DNA of 57,559 bases, counting the filler, from Sphacelaria rigidula (Eukaryota), in NCBI GenBank assembly GCA_964200075.2. It is 6 parts of 6 records of this genome, joined end to end, with 100 filler letters (N's around TTAATTAATTAA, not from the genome) between each part and the next. Parts side by side here need not be neighbours in the genome. Positions count along the whole stretch, not along the records: positions 9,612 to 19,122 come from CAXNAA020008328.1; positions 19,223 to 28,732 come from CAXNAA020008329.1; 4 more parts are not named here. One strand, given 5' to 3'. Position 1 is the stretch's first letter; the number at the start of each line of letters is the position of its first letter. Positions 12,856 to 24,436 of this stretch are shown here, piece by piece. The notes under the pieces are model-generated. The model worked only from the letters and a program-made list of their open reading frames with translations, ran no database searches and was not told the origin of the DNA. The translations under genes and the position numbers were made by a program.

Positions 12856-13940
12856 GTGAGTCGCAGGTGTTTTTGTTAAGGCCGGACGTAGCCGCCCGAG
12901 CTGCAATGACCAACACGCTCAGGGTACCTCAGATGAAGGAACAACCCTCACCACTGCGACCATGACACTCGTCTCGACAGCCATCAACTGTTTGCGCACC
13001 TTTAGGCAGCGAGACGGCTGCCGTCATCGCGAAGTGAAACCCAAACTCAAACGTGACCAGAGGCGAACTTAACCCGCCGCCCTCAACCCTACGGTCACTG
13101 AAATTGACTACCTGTACGTACGCTACATTGCGCAGTACCAAACCCAAATATATTTACCCTACGTGGATGTGGGCGATGGCAGACCATCAAACCGTAACGT
13201 CGCGAGTCACCGCTTCTGGTTTGTTGATGAGGATGTGCACTTTTATGCCCCGCCCACGCGGGTGGTACATTCGCTACCCTATCCGCAGCACCTGGGAAGA
13301 AGAACGGGTACGCCGGCCGCAACCGTAATCGTGAAACCCTAATCGAAAGTAGTCCCCTAAACTGCTTCCTGTTGCCCACGACTGACTGTTTCAACCCATT
13401 AAGTCCCTAGGACGGTGCAGCCAACGTAGAGGGACCCTGTCCCTAAGTCGAAGAGAGGCAAACTCGCCCACCTGTCGGTCAACGCCCGGCGGCGAGATGT
13501 TATCGCAGGCATGCCACTGCTAAAAGGAGGAGGAAGCCAAATTCTGTTCGACATTATCGGTTTCCTCCCATGAAATGTAAAACCTGCGACCTCTAAGAAG
13601 AAATGTTACAAATACCCGCTGATGTCAATATAATGCGTGGCGCAAGGCTATCAGACATAAAAAGAAAACTCTCCGTGGCGGGATTTCAGAGGTGCAGACA
13701 CCGAACGTCTGCACCTCTGAGTTCCGTTGGACTTTCCCTCCCTTTTCACAAGCCACCAGTCCATGGAGCGCTCGGTCGGCGTTTTGTGGATGCCCCATCC
13801 GGCGATCCACATGAGTGAATAAGTGATGATTTGAGCAGTGCAGTTACTCGTCTTGAGTGATAGGACCACGTGTGCCTATTGCGTGTAGCACAGCACACGA
13901 TTTCGTCAGGGGAGAACGTCGTGAACGCCGCCCCCGACCA

Positions 13941-13970
13941 CCCTAACCCTAACCCTAACCCTACCCCAAC
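13941..13970 (+). repeat. Interstitial telomere-type repeat (CCCTAA)3 plus variants, upstream of the OTU gene
   Basis: CCCTAACCCTAACCCTAACCCTACCCCAAC; a further AAACCCTAA at 14065-14073 just before ATG 14081. Confidence 0.85.
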
Positions 13971-14080
13971 TCGTAAGTGATCCACCGTGAGGGAGCAAAT
14001 GTCAGGCCGAACTGTCGCCGAAATCTTATACAAACCTCACCCGACCGCGTACAACACCGTTCTCAAACCCTAACGAACAC

Positions 14081-17000
14081 ATGGATACTCCGCCTCGACC
14101 GATGTCTTGGCAGAGTCCCGGACAAGAATTTGACGTCTGCCACTTGGATGCTTACGCGAACGCCCTTCTGACGGGGGCCAAAGAGGAAGACGGGGGGGGG
14201 TGGGCAAAGCCCTTCAGTCCACCGGTGACGGCAATTGTTTATTCAACGCTGCAGCGACGAGCGCCTGGGGCAATGGACGGCAACGACCCAATGAAACGGA
14301 CCACCTCGCTCTCCCACTGCGCCTCGCCGTCGTCCTTGCGGGTGTGAGGCACCTGGGGGAACTCAACGACGACAACGATGGCTTCTTCCGGAGGATGGAG
14401 GCCTATGATGGGGATGTGACCGACAGGGCCGTGAAGAAGAAAATGCAATTACCCACAACATCCCCAACATCAACCATATATGCGGCAGACGTCTCGCGGG
14501 CACTCCTTCTTCTAGCGTTAACGACGATAACAGGCGAATGCACGGACGGCACCATATTTTGCCTACCTTTGATCGCGGAGGTTATCGGCGTCAACGTCCG
14601 GTGCTACTACCCAGGTGAGATGCTTTGTTTTACGCCCATCAAAAGGTGTGGGCTTATGCGATACGAGCACTTCATTAACCTCCCAGTCCTGCACCCAAGA
14701 AACGTCCCATCGACGCCGGTCCACCAGGCTTCACGACGGAGCCAGGAATAACGTAACCCAGCAGTCAACCAACCCTATCTTCCCCCTCGTCCAGGAACAC
14801 TGTACCTTGGACATATAAAAGGCTGACCGTAACGACCCGGAAGTCCCTGAGCGTGACGAAGACACGCACAAATGGGGGAAAATTGCTCCGCGCCCAACAC
14901 CAGCGCAGACACCCCGGCCGCGATGAAGTTGATATTGACGTGTCCTCTGTGGAGTAACGACTCTACCCGATTTCTGTACCTGCTCTGTCATCTCCCCTCC
15001 CGCAGTCGCGAGTATTACGAGTTCATCTGGAGATCATCTATCCTTCGGAGGACAATGGAACAAGGAAGTACACTCGCCACGAACAGCGGAGGGAAACGCC
15101 CGGCCAACAGTTACCATCCACCTCGTGGTGTCATCGTACAATAAGGGCGAGCCACCCTCCTTCCAAAACCTCGAACAGTTCAAGCAACAGTGCTTAGCGA
15201 CACGCACGAGCGACGATGGGAACAAGACCTACGAATACCTCAATCTTCCCCAAGTGAACCATTTCGTCCCGATCTGCCCAGGTGGAAGAGACGTTGTACG
15301 CGAGGTGGGTCCCAAAATCCACAACCGTCGAACGTGTTTATCGCTGAGCAGGTCAAATGTGAAATGCACGAGCTATTGGACTGGAGATTAATTCATACAA
15401 CATTAAAATATCCCCAGATAGGAACACGACGGTGATGCATGATAATCTATTAGCCACCCCGCACGAGGAGTGTCGAACCCTGACCGTAACCCTCACCCTA
15501 AACTGCGACGATATGATTGTTTAATTTCAAAAGTGCTCACAATGTGCCTCCCACAGGGCCGTCGTACTCCATCGACCGGTGGGAAGAAGAAAAAAGGAAG
15601 CACCACGGCAACGTCCTCCGGTCGAGGGAAGCAGAGGGGTCGCCCCCCGAAAGGGGGAAGAGGGAGGAAAGCCACAAATAAAACAAGGCGGCGAGGTAGC
15701 GTGGAGCAGACTACTTCCGAGAGTGACTCGGCGGGCGATCCTTACGCGGAGGGGAGCCAAGACGAGTCAGATCCCGCTTGGGATAGGGGCACGCGAAGCA
15801 GCGAATACTTGCAGAGCCTGGGCGACGAAGCACAGTCGGCGATGGCGCTCGCTCATGGTGACAAGCTTGATCTGAACACTACGACCTTACTGGGTGGAGC
15901 ACACGACCTGGGGACATCCGAGTCTATGTTACCAAAGTGCCTTTCGATGGAGGAAGAGCCCGGTGATCTAGACGCCGATTACTCAAGACGCCTCCTGCTG
16001 ACGGAGGACTTGGGGCAGAGGTTCATGTTGGAAGGAGTGGACACCCTCACCTACGAAGTTCCCAACCTGCGCAATATCGACATGCCACCGGACTGCGTGG
16101 CGCTGAACGTCGGGCGGGGACCGGGAGTGCTTCAATGCCTGCTACAGCTGACCCCCGGGCAGATGAAGGGCAAGGATGTCAAGAAAAGGAAAGAAGAGGA
16201 ACTCGCAGCTTTGCGTGACCGCCTGCTTCAACACATCGCAACATGCCGGCCGGCTATGCCCCTGCAACCCAACTCGAGGCCTGAACTGATGTGCCGAGCA
16301 CACCAGACCGTCCCGGCGGCAGCACTCCGACAGGCGCTACAAAAGGAACGCGTCAAGTACGTGTATCTGTACATGTGGGGCATGAAATCAGACGTAAACG
16401 ACTACCAACACTTGGACAAGGCTTCGGTTCGTGCACACGAGGAGATTGCCAACGATGATGGAAGTGTTTTTTACCTACCTAACCTGCACGACATAGCTCG
16501 AACTGTGAAGACCGGAAAGTCAGGAGTTCCCTTCGTCTGGTCGTATACAACAGGTCGGGGGTTTCCGGGGAGAGGGACCAGGGGACAACACGGGTGCGCT
16601 TCGATGAGAACCTTCGGTCAGATACCCGGGGTGTGGTCAACGGCATGCGGGTCCGTGCAAACGAGGGGGCCCACGGTGACCCAGTGGAACGACATAACGA
16701 AGTACACCATGTATACGCTCCCTGATCACGTCCTGCGCTCTGGAGGGCGCTTCACCTTCTTACTGGGCAAACGGGTGAGGACCGGTAGAGAGAGGATTAA
16801 GTGGATACGGCAATATTGGGACAGGAGTGTAGAGGAGAAGGTGGCCACCTTGAAAATGATCGGACAGGGCCTACGGATGGAAGCTCGTGTACAAGGAAAG
16901 GTAACCGCGGCAGACGCGGCAGCAACCTGTGTGGAGCAAAGGGTGCATGACGCGCCGACAGCATGGCGCGACCTCGGCCAGTACCAGACTGCCCTCGACG

Positions 17001-18820
17001 AAGATCCTGTCACCGGCGGGAGTGACCCCCACGCGGTCTTCTTCCCGGTGCGGTTCATGAAGCCGGAGGCGATGGCAGCACACGGGATTAGGGTGGCTGA
17101 TGCGGCGAGCGAAGTAGTGAGGGGTAAAGGCTCAAAAGAAATGACGGCGTCGATGACACAGGTGCTGATTGATGTATATGGAGCAGCCGGCCGCACTATA
17201 AAAAATAAGCGGTGCACAGACCCCCGAACCCTGGCGAGAGAGAATAGGACTTTCTGGGTGTTCGATGCCGAGGCCAAGCGTCGCGAACGCTTAGGGTTAG
17301 GAAAACCTCGCAGAACCAACCCCCCGCGCCGGGCAAGACCCTCAAAGGGGACGCTAGCAGAAGATGGTCTGCATCGGTCACCGGTCCCTCCCAGCAAGCG
17401 CGCAAGGCCGATTGAGGAGGACTCGGAGGCTCACCTGTCCTCCTCCTCTTCGTCCGACGAGGACGACGATGAAGACGATCAGGTATGTCCAGGGGGAGCT
17501 CGGTCGGGCAGGTCAAATTGGGACGGGACAGTCATAGGAGAGGCCTTGGCCCGGCGAAGGTGGAAGAGACGCCGTACCGACAGTCTAATGGGACAGGAAT
17601 CCCCCGGAGGTAGCGTGCAACCGCACGTCGAGTCGACTCGGAATAGTGAAATCCTAACAGACGATATGTCTGTTGACGACGAGGGTGTGGGGGGCAGCGG
17701 AGAGCGTGACGCGGAGACTCGACGCGGCAGAGTGGGCCCAGACCCTACTGATGGGCAGTCGCTTGACAACGACGACGGTCGTGATTTCCCCCGTGGGAGC
17801 GAGGACGGTACCGACGCCAGCGCGGGTCTAAGTGAACCGTGTTATGATAATGCATACCGTGGCATAATCCCAGGAGGTGGTGCAGGTGGCCACGGGGATG
17901 GCAGCGGGAGCGATATAGGAGAAATACACGGCAGTAGCACAGATGTGGTCCCAGACATTGCGTCTATTACTGGTGAAGGTGGTATTGGTGACGCGGCACA
18001 CAGTGGAAGCATGGAAATGAAAAGCACGCGGGGTCCTGGAGATGGCGGAGAAGACGCGGAGGGCGGAGGAGCCAAAGTTGGCACGGAAGTGACGCGGAGT
18101 ACAGTGGTCGGGGGTAGGGGGGGGGACCCTATGAGATACCCTACGCGTATAAACCGAAGTACAGCATCCAACGATGATACACATGTGCCTCGGGGTCGTC
18201 ATGGCAGCCGCGTTCGACGGTCTGGACTCCGACTATCAGCAGCCGTCCGAGAGACAACAGATTCTACAGCCCTAAGTCAAGAATTGTCGTCCCCCCGACA
18301 AGTACGAAAAACGCAAGAGCGGACTGTTCGCAGAGGCCTTAATCGCAGCAGCAAGACGACGTCGGGTGCTGCTAGCGACACGCGAAGGAACAGGGACGAC
18401 GATGGTCGCCCGCGTCACAGGGCACGGCGGGCACAACGCTTCGGGTTGCTAAGCGCTGATGAGTCAACATCGAGCAGTAGATTCAGCCGTGTACCGCTCT
18501 TTTCAGGTGAGATCACCAGGGCTGAGTCGTCGACAGAAGCGAAGGCGGCGGAGTCAGCGAGCGAAAAAACCCAATCACAACGTGTGAGGGCAGATGCTCT
18601 ACAAAGGATGCGGCAGACCGTCGTCGTTCGGAAAAAAAACGAATTTGGTCGCAGAGGGTTGACATGGGCAACGACTCCAACCTCCGTCGACAGCAGGTGT
18701 GGTAGTGGCCACCTATGCTGCGAGAAAGGTAAGGTATATGAGGCGATATGGGAAAAGTACGGAGCTGCGTGGGCGGACCATGTTGTGACGGAGCGTACCC
18801 AGCGCCATGGATCACAATAA
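14081..18820 (+). CDS. Three-exon gene: OTU/vertnin-like cysteine protease, AT-hook and large unassigned region (exons 14081-14614 with a frameshift at G9 14192-14200, 15006-15304, 15557-18820)
   Basis: OTU Cys box STGDGNCLFNAA in exon 1 and His box VNHFVP in exon 2. Splice sites are phase-compatible: CCAG|GTGAGA to CGCAG|TC (phase 1) and GAG|GTGGGT to CCACAG|GGC (phase 0). RGRPPK AT-hook-like motif at the start of exon 3, which is open for ~1,090 codons. Confidence 0.8.
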
Positions 18821-18944
18821 ACCGTGATGGCTGGAAGCATCAGCGTCGACAAATGCACTTCCGAGCCCGACGGGAGTGGATTTTGCATGAACGCCTGACG
18901 AGGCTGCCGCCCGCCTCCTTTCGGAGGAACATGCAGCCAAGCTG

Positions 18945-19122
18945 ATGGATCTTCAGCGACAGGCTTCCCTAGACCAAGCCACTAAGACGGCGACACACAG
19001 AGCTTTGCAGGAAGGGAAGATTGCAGCCTTGACGGCACAAAGGAGGGTCCGCGAGCTCCAAGAGCATGTTCGGCGCACTACGCGAGAAGCCGAATCGTCG
19101 AGGGCGCGGGTGACTCACCATC
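18945..19122 (+). CDS. 5' part of a possible coiled-coil ORF cut by the contig end
   Basis: ATG-initiated, A/Q/R/E-rich helical sequence open up to the gap. Confidence 0.3.
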
Positions 19123-19222
19123 NNNNNNNNNNNNNNNNNNNNNNNNNNNNNNNNNNNNNNNNNNNNTTAATTAATTAANNNNNNNNNNNNNNNNNNNNNN
19201 NNNNNNNNNNNNNNNNNNNNNN
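19123..19222. other. Artificial contig linker
   Basis: 100 nt of N containing TTAATTAATTAA. Confidence 0.99.
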
Positions 19223-19374
19223 ATGCTCCTTGCACTCTGTGACCACGGGTTCGAGAGATCGAGCTAATGTGATGGATATGATAATAAATAAATATAACCC
19301 AATCCTGACGATTGCCCTGAAAAGATAAAGGTATTTGCGGGTACTATCAATTCCAAATCTTGCATATGCCCCAC

Positions 19375-22300
19375 CTTTTCCTCGGACGAAGCTGCACCCC
19401 TCTCGTCTCTGCTACTCCCGCTGCCATACAGGGCGGCGCTGTACTCAGCTTCGTCTTCAGTATTGCGGAACGCCGCGCCGGTCAGCCGTTCAACCACGTC
19501 GAACTGTCGGGCGCGTACCGGCGGGGGGGAGTCCCGGGGTTCAAAAGCACGACGCATTTCAGCAGTAGGTGAGGAGCGATGGAACGTAAGCACTTTTTGA
19601 GGTGCAAAGATGCAGCGAGAGATGGTCCGTGGAAAAATGTTTGAGTACGGTCCAAGTTCTTTTTGTCAGGCAAGGGGCACGTTGACGGAAATATGATAAT
19701 GACCATTTTCTCCACGCATTATACTTCCTCCGAAAGTATGAGACTGCCCTCCGAAAGTATGAGACTGCCCTCGAAATTCAGTTCATGTCGCAACGAAAAT
19801 GGATTAGGTGATCCTGGGTGTCTGCCACGATACGGACGCCTTCTCGACGCCTCCAAATAATTTTTTTGTTGACGTATGGCTTGTGCATGTACATACACTA
19901 GAAACATAGCCTGTGTGCATAGGAATCTCTGTATCTCTGGAAATATATACCGTGAATTAACATGGATCCGTGGCCATCGAAGTGGCTGGCCTCGAGTCTA
20001 TGTGACTTTGGTCAGATTTTTGTCTGCAATAGATATCGTGTTTGTGATTGATTACGTTGTTCAGGACCCCCAACCATCGTAGGCAATGATGGAATTAGAT
20101 TTGGGCCTAATCCTAACCCATACACAGAAGCAGTGACAGCACCCGGACCGTTGTAAACGATCTATCTGTCTCATAGCCTCCACCTCGTACTCGGTTTTTT
20201 TGTGTGATGGGAAGATTACGATGTACTTCCGCCTAGAGTGTTCCAGTGACGCGCCCCTCAGGATCCCACTTCTGTTCGTGTTCAAAATTCCGCTGAGACT
20301 TCTCCCCCTAGGGAACCATCGGTGCTACGTCGAAAGCAAATGGTTTTTTCAGAGGAAATAGGGATTACAGCCAGTGGTCGCCCTCAAAGTATCGACATGG
20401 TCGAAGATTCTCCAGGAAAGACGGTGAAGCCCACCAAATCCTTTTTTGCTCTTCTTCACACATTAAACCCTTCCCTTTCCTCGGAACTGGTTCACGATCT
20501 CATGTAAAATGTGACTGCACACATGAATCCTACGTCATGGGCATCGTATTCACCCCGTACCTTTCGCACCCCCCTACCATCGTTACCCAACATTCCCCAA
20601 CCGAACTGTACCTGAAGGTATTCCTGCGCCTGACCCATGCCCTTGCGGGCTCCAATAACGGCAGGCGTAAATGTACACTCGGCGAGTTCCTTCCCCCCTC
20701 CGTCACGACAACACCCCTCCGCCGCCGCCGCCGCTGCCTGAGTTATCCAGCGACAGGGGAGATGGGGCGGTCTACATTTTGAATTCACTGGCTTTGCATA
20801 GTGCAATGCTAATTATATTGCACTGCGCTTTCTACATTCAAGGGCTGCAAGAACATGACCGAACTTGACTGTACCGTTTTGCGCTGCTTTTGTATGCACA
20901 CGCGATAGCTGCTCTACCCAAACCACGAACTTCCCATGCACCCAGCACGGCTATTCGTCAATCGCAGGCACAATATCCAACTCCTCCTTCACCAGCCGAC
21001 GATTTGAGCCCACTTAGGTCGACTTGGCCACTCGACTTAGTCCCTACACTATAAGGGGCAAACCATGCGTTTTTTGTGAGCTCAGGCTTTCCTGAGTACT
21101 GGGAAACCGGATGTCAAATGCTGTCATTCCCGGTATGGCTTCGAAAGTCCTGTCTTTCTGGCAACATAAGAAAGGGAGAGAATGAGGTCAACCTTGGTCC
21201 TGTGCATCTCTTTTCTCATGATGGAACTTGATTATCATATTCCGTGAAAACTGAAATCAAATATCCTTTACTGTTCTTGGTTCAAAGTGATGTGGCCAGG
21301 CAACTGTTTCAGAGCACTCGCACACGTTTCAGCGTTTTTCCCAATGTCAACATTTGAAGCGCGTGGATTTTGAGTCGCACACACATCCGTGCGTCATCGA
21401 CAACGATACGCTAGGTTAGACACATTCTCAGTATAATCGAATAATCAGACAGTACTTGTAGGCTGACGATTCTATTTCTGAGGTACTAGACGGTAAAAAA
21501 TAAGGCAGTTTACCCTTCCTTCCCGTCACACTCTCGACCCCTCCCCTTCCTAGGGATGAGTCCGGGGTCTCAAATGATCAAAATATCATTCTTCGGGCAC
21601 ACGCCTTGAATTTCGGCGTCGCGGATTGGATCAGGACTGTCGGCACTCCCGCACCGCGTCAACTCTCGTCGAACACATTTTCTTCCCCACTCACTTCCTC
21701 ACGCTTTCAACGGAGGAAATGAGATATTTTTTCGGGGAAAGAACCCGAGCGCATCTACCAAAAGTCGGCCCCGCAGCCCTCTGCCCTACCTAGTTTCACA
21801 TCCATCAGCTACACCACCAGGGTGGGGCGCGATATACAGTACAGTATCAATTCATACTGTTTCTTACTATGCTTGTAATTCAACACTATCTATCTTCTGG
21901 TGTGTGTTGGAATCGAACATCCCGACTCCACTCCCCTTCTCCTGTCGAACAACTCGCCTGCCGATACCGCGATCTCCCCCGGGGGATCGTATAGTTTCCC
22001 CAAGCTTCTGTTATCACGGCTTCTCGTGCGTTGTTGTCGTCGTACCCAGTCGCATGTTGCGCGTCATCCGAACCCGTCCCAGCTTGTCGTGCCTGTTGGC
22101 GTCGTTGCTGGAGGAATTTAGCGGCGACTTTCTCGGTGACTAGTTCCGGCCTAAACGTGCATTCTTGCCTCAGCTTCTCTTCCGCTTTGGCCGCTTGCTC
22201 CGCCTCAAGGTGTGCCCGATCCATGTCCCTGGTGAGGCGAGAGGAAAGGGCAACCGGCAGTGGGGAGTGGGGACAAGGATACTCAGGAGTGAAAATATAT

Positions 22301-23542
22301 TGTAAGCAAGATAGGAAGGCGGTGCTTGCATCCCAACGTCGAGTACACTGCGGTACATTGCTTCTGAATGCACCTAGTGAGGGCACTCCCTGACGGAAGA
22401 TGTACAACGGACTTCTAGGTTTTTCAACATGTGAGCCCGTCTGCTTGAAAAAATGGCAGGTAAGTCAAAATCGCTTCTGAAGCAAGCGTTGGGACGGAGG
22501 GGCAGGAGGCAGGGCGAGAAAATAAGTTACCATGAACAAATATCTAATGTAGAGATGCCAAAAATCATTAAACAAAAATGATTCCGGGCGGCATCAGGAT
22601 TTGGCAGCGGCGTCGCGCAACATTCTGCGCCCCGGGTGTTCTTGTGGTTCACCGTGGATCTGACCGTGCTTTCTGCAGTCAAGTTTCCATTATTGACGTA
22701 CAGTTCTTCCGTGGAAGAGGATGTCGAGAAAACAGATTTCAACACTCATATAAGTAAAAGGCAAGACTGAGGTTCGAAACAGTAGTAGTATCGGATGGAG
22801 ATAGACTCGGGTTCTTTGTGAACACTCGTGTCGGCGAGGCAGAAAACAAAAATCAACGTAGGATATACAACCACCAGAAGAATCATTTTGTAATATATAT
22901 ATGTAGTGGTATGAACCCAGGGCACACTACAAACGCAGGTATAGTACCCCAGTAGTACAGGTATCTTGCCAAAGCAGAAGAGTGCTTGCAAAACGAGTCA
23001 TCTAAACACAACTTCTAGGCGAGCCACAACCTCGGCAAAACTAGACAGACAACGATGTTGAAACATACAAAGTGACCCAGCATATATTTATATATTTATA
23101 TATACAAGGATTTCGGCGCCATGCGCCGCCAAGCTGAATGGATCGGCTTCCAAGACACATGAGAACCGGTGATAGTTATGTGCCTCACGTAATTGCAGAT
23201 GTCATATTTTGAAAGGAAAAGAGTGGCGTAAATGTTTGATAACAGGCTTTTCCACCTACAACAACCGACAACATATTATCGCTCGAACTGTTGCTTTTTT
23301 TGCGCAAGCAGGTGGCATCGTAACACACCGTCTCCTTGGTGGTTTTAAGAGGCGACAGGCATGCGTGTGCAGCCCAGTTGGGTCGTAGTTTCCCGTCAAT
23401 TGCACCTTCGTACGGACTCGTCGAAGAGTCGCTCGTCCACGGCGAGGTGTCGTTCTCCGAGGGCTTCCCGCCGGGTAACAGCGGCGCGACGGGAAACTAC
23501 GTTGACGTGTGGCGTAAAAGTGCAGTGCTCCAATTCCTTGTC
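19375..23542 (-). CDS. Partial multi-exon gene for a CTFxP-repeat protein (exons 23542-23406, 22228-21958, 20737-20612, probably ~19592-19375)
   Basis: Three phase-compatible exons each carry one motif: LEHCTFTP, RQECTFRP, LAECTFTP. The second ends in a GC donor (CAG|GCGAGT). The phase of the last exon is unresolved. Confidence 0.7.
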
Positions 23543-24436
23543 CTACGGCAACAAGGTTACGGCGCATAAGGTGATTGGCGATATGATCAGGCTCGAAGGG
23601 CGAACATTTGTTCTCAAGGATTAACTGGATGCGTTCCGAAAGAGGGGGTGGAGTGGGGAGGGTGAAACAAGGAGGGGGGCAAACGCGGACAATACAGTGC
23701 GTGCTGTTCCCGGGCCCTCACGGAAAACCTTGAAAATATGTTGGGTGTACGTATGTACCAATTGAAATCACCGTGATTATTCCTGTATAGCTTTCCTAAG
23801 TTTTCACCGACACCCCATTTTATTTCATGCAGGAGTTATCTCAGCCACGTAAGTTACGTCATGCTGGACCTCTATGAATACCATCTGAACTTACCGTCGG
23901 TAGCAGTCCGCTTCCATGCTTGTCTGTTCCTCTACTTGTAATACAATTTATTTTTTAGAGACAACACATCATCACACGACAACAGTTGTATCGATACGAA
24001 GTTTCACGCGATTTGACCCGCAAAATAATGACTCGGGCAAGCACCACACGCAAACCTTGGCGTCCCGGCGTCGTGGGAGCAGTACTCTGTAAATAACATT
24101 CCTACCCCAACTGAATTCGGGTATTTTGGAGAATAGTTCAATTATTGATCAATGTCAACAACTAAACGATATTGATGCCAACATAAAAAATTGAACAATT
24201 CACAATTTGCTCGCACTTCGGCGGTGTACATGACGAACCCGGTACGTTTCTCCCATGACTAAGAGTTCCAATGCTTTGCTGGAGAGGCTCAAGGCGAATT
24301 GCCTGCCCTACGAGTTGCACTCGAATTGATGTAACGGTTCTCTTGTGATGCTGCATTATCTCTTGGTGTGAAGTCGCGCTTTTGCTCTTCAGACCGCCAC
24401 GGCCCAAAATATTACTAGAATATGTGCAGGAGTGCT

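Noticed and set aside
15470-15556. N-terminus of the 1116-aa ORF as listed in the ORF track
   Set aside because: It starts at GTG and is better explained as intron sequence before the CCACAG acceptor at 15556.
19728-19772. 21-bp direct duplication
   Set aside because: An isolated intronic slippage duplication with no further structure.
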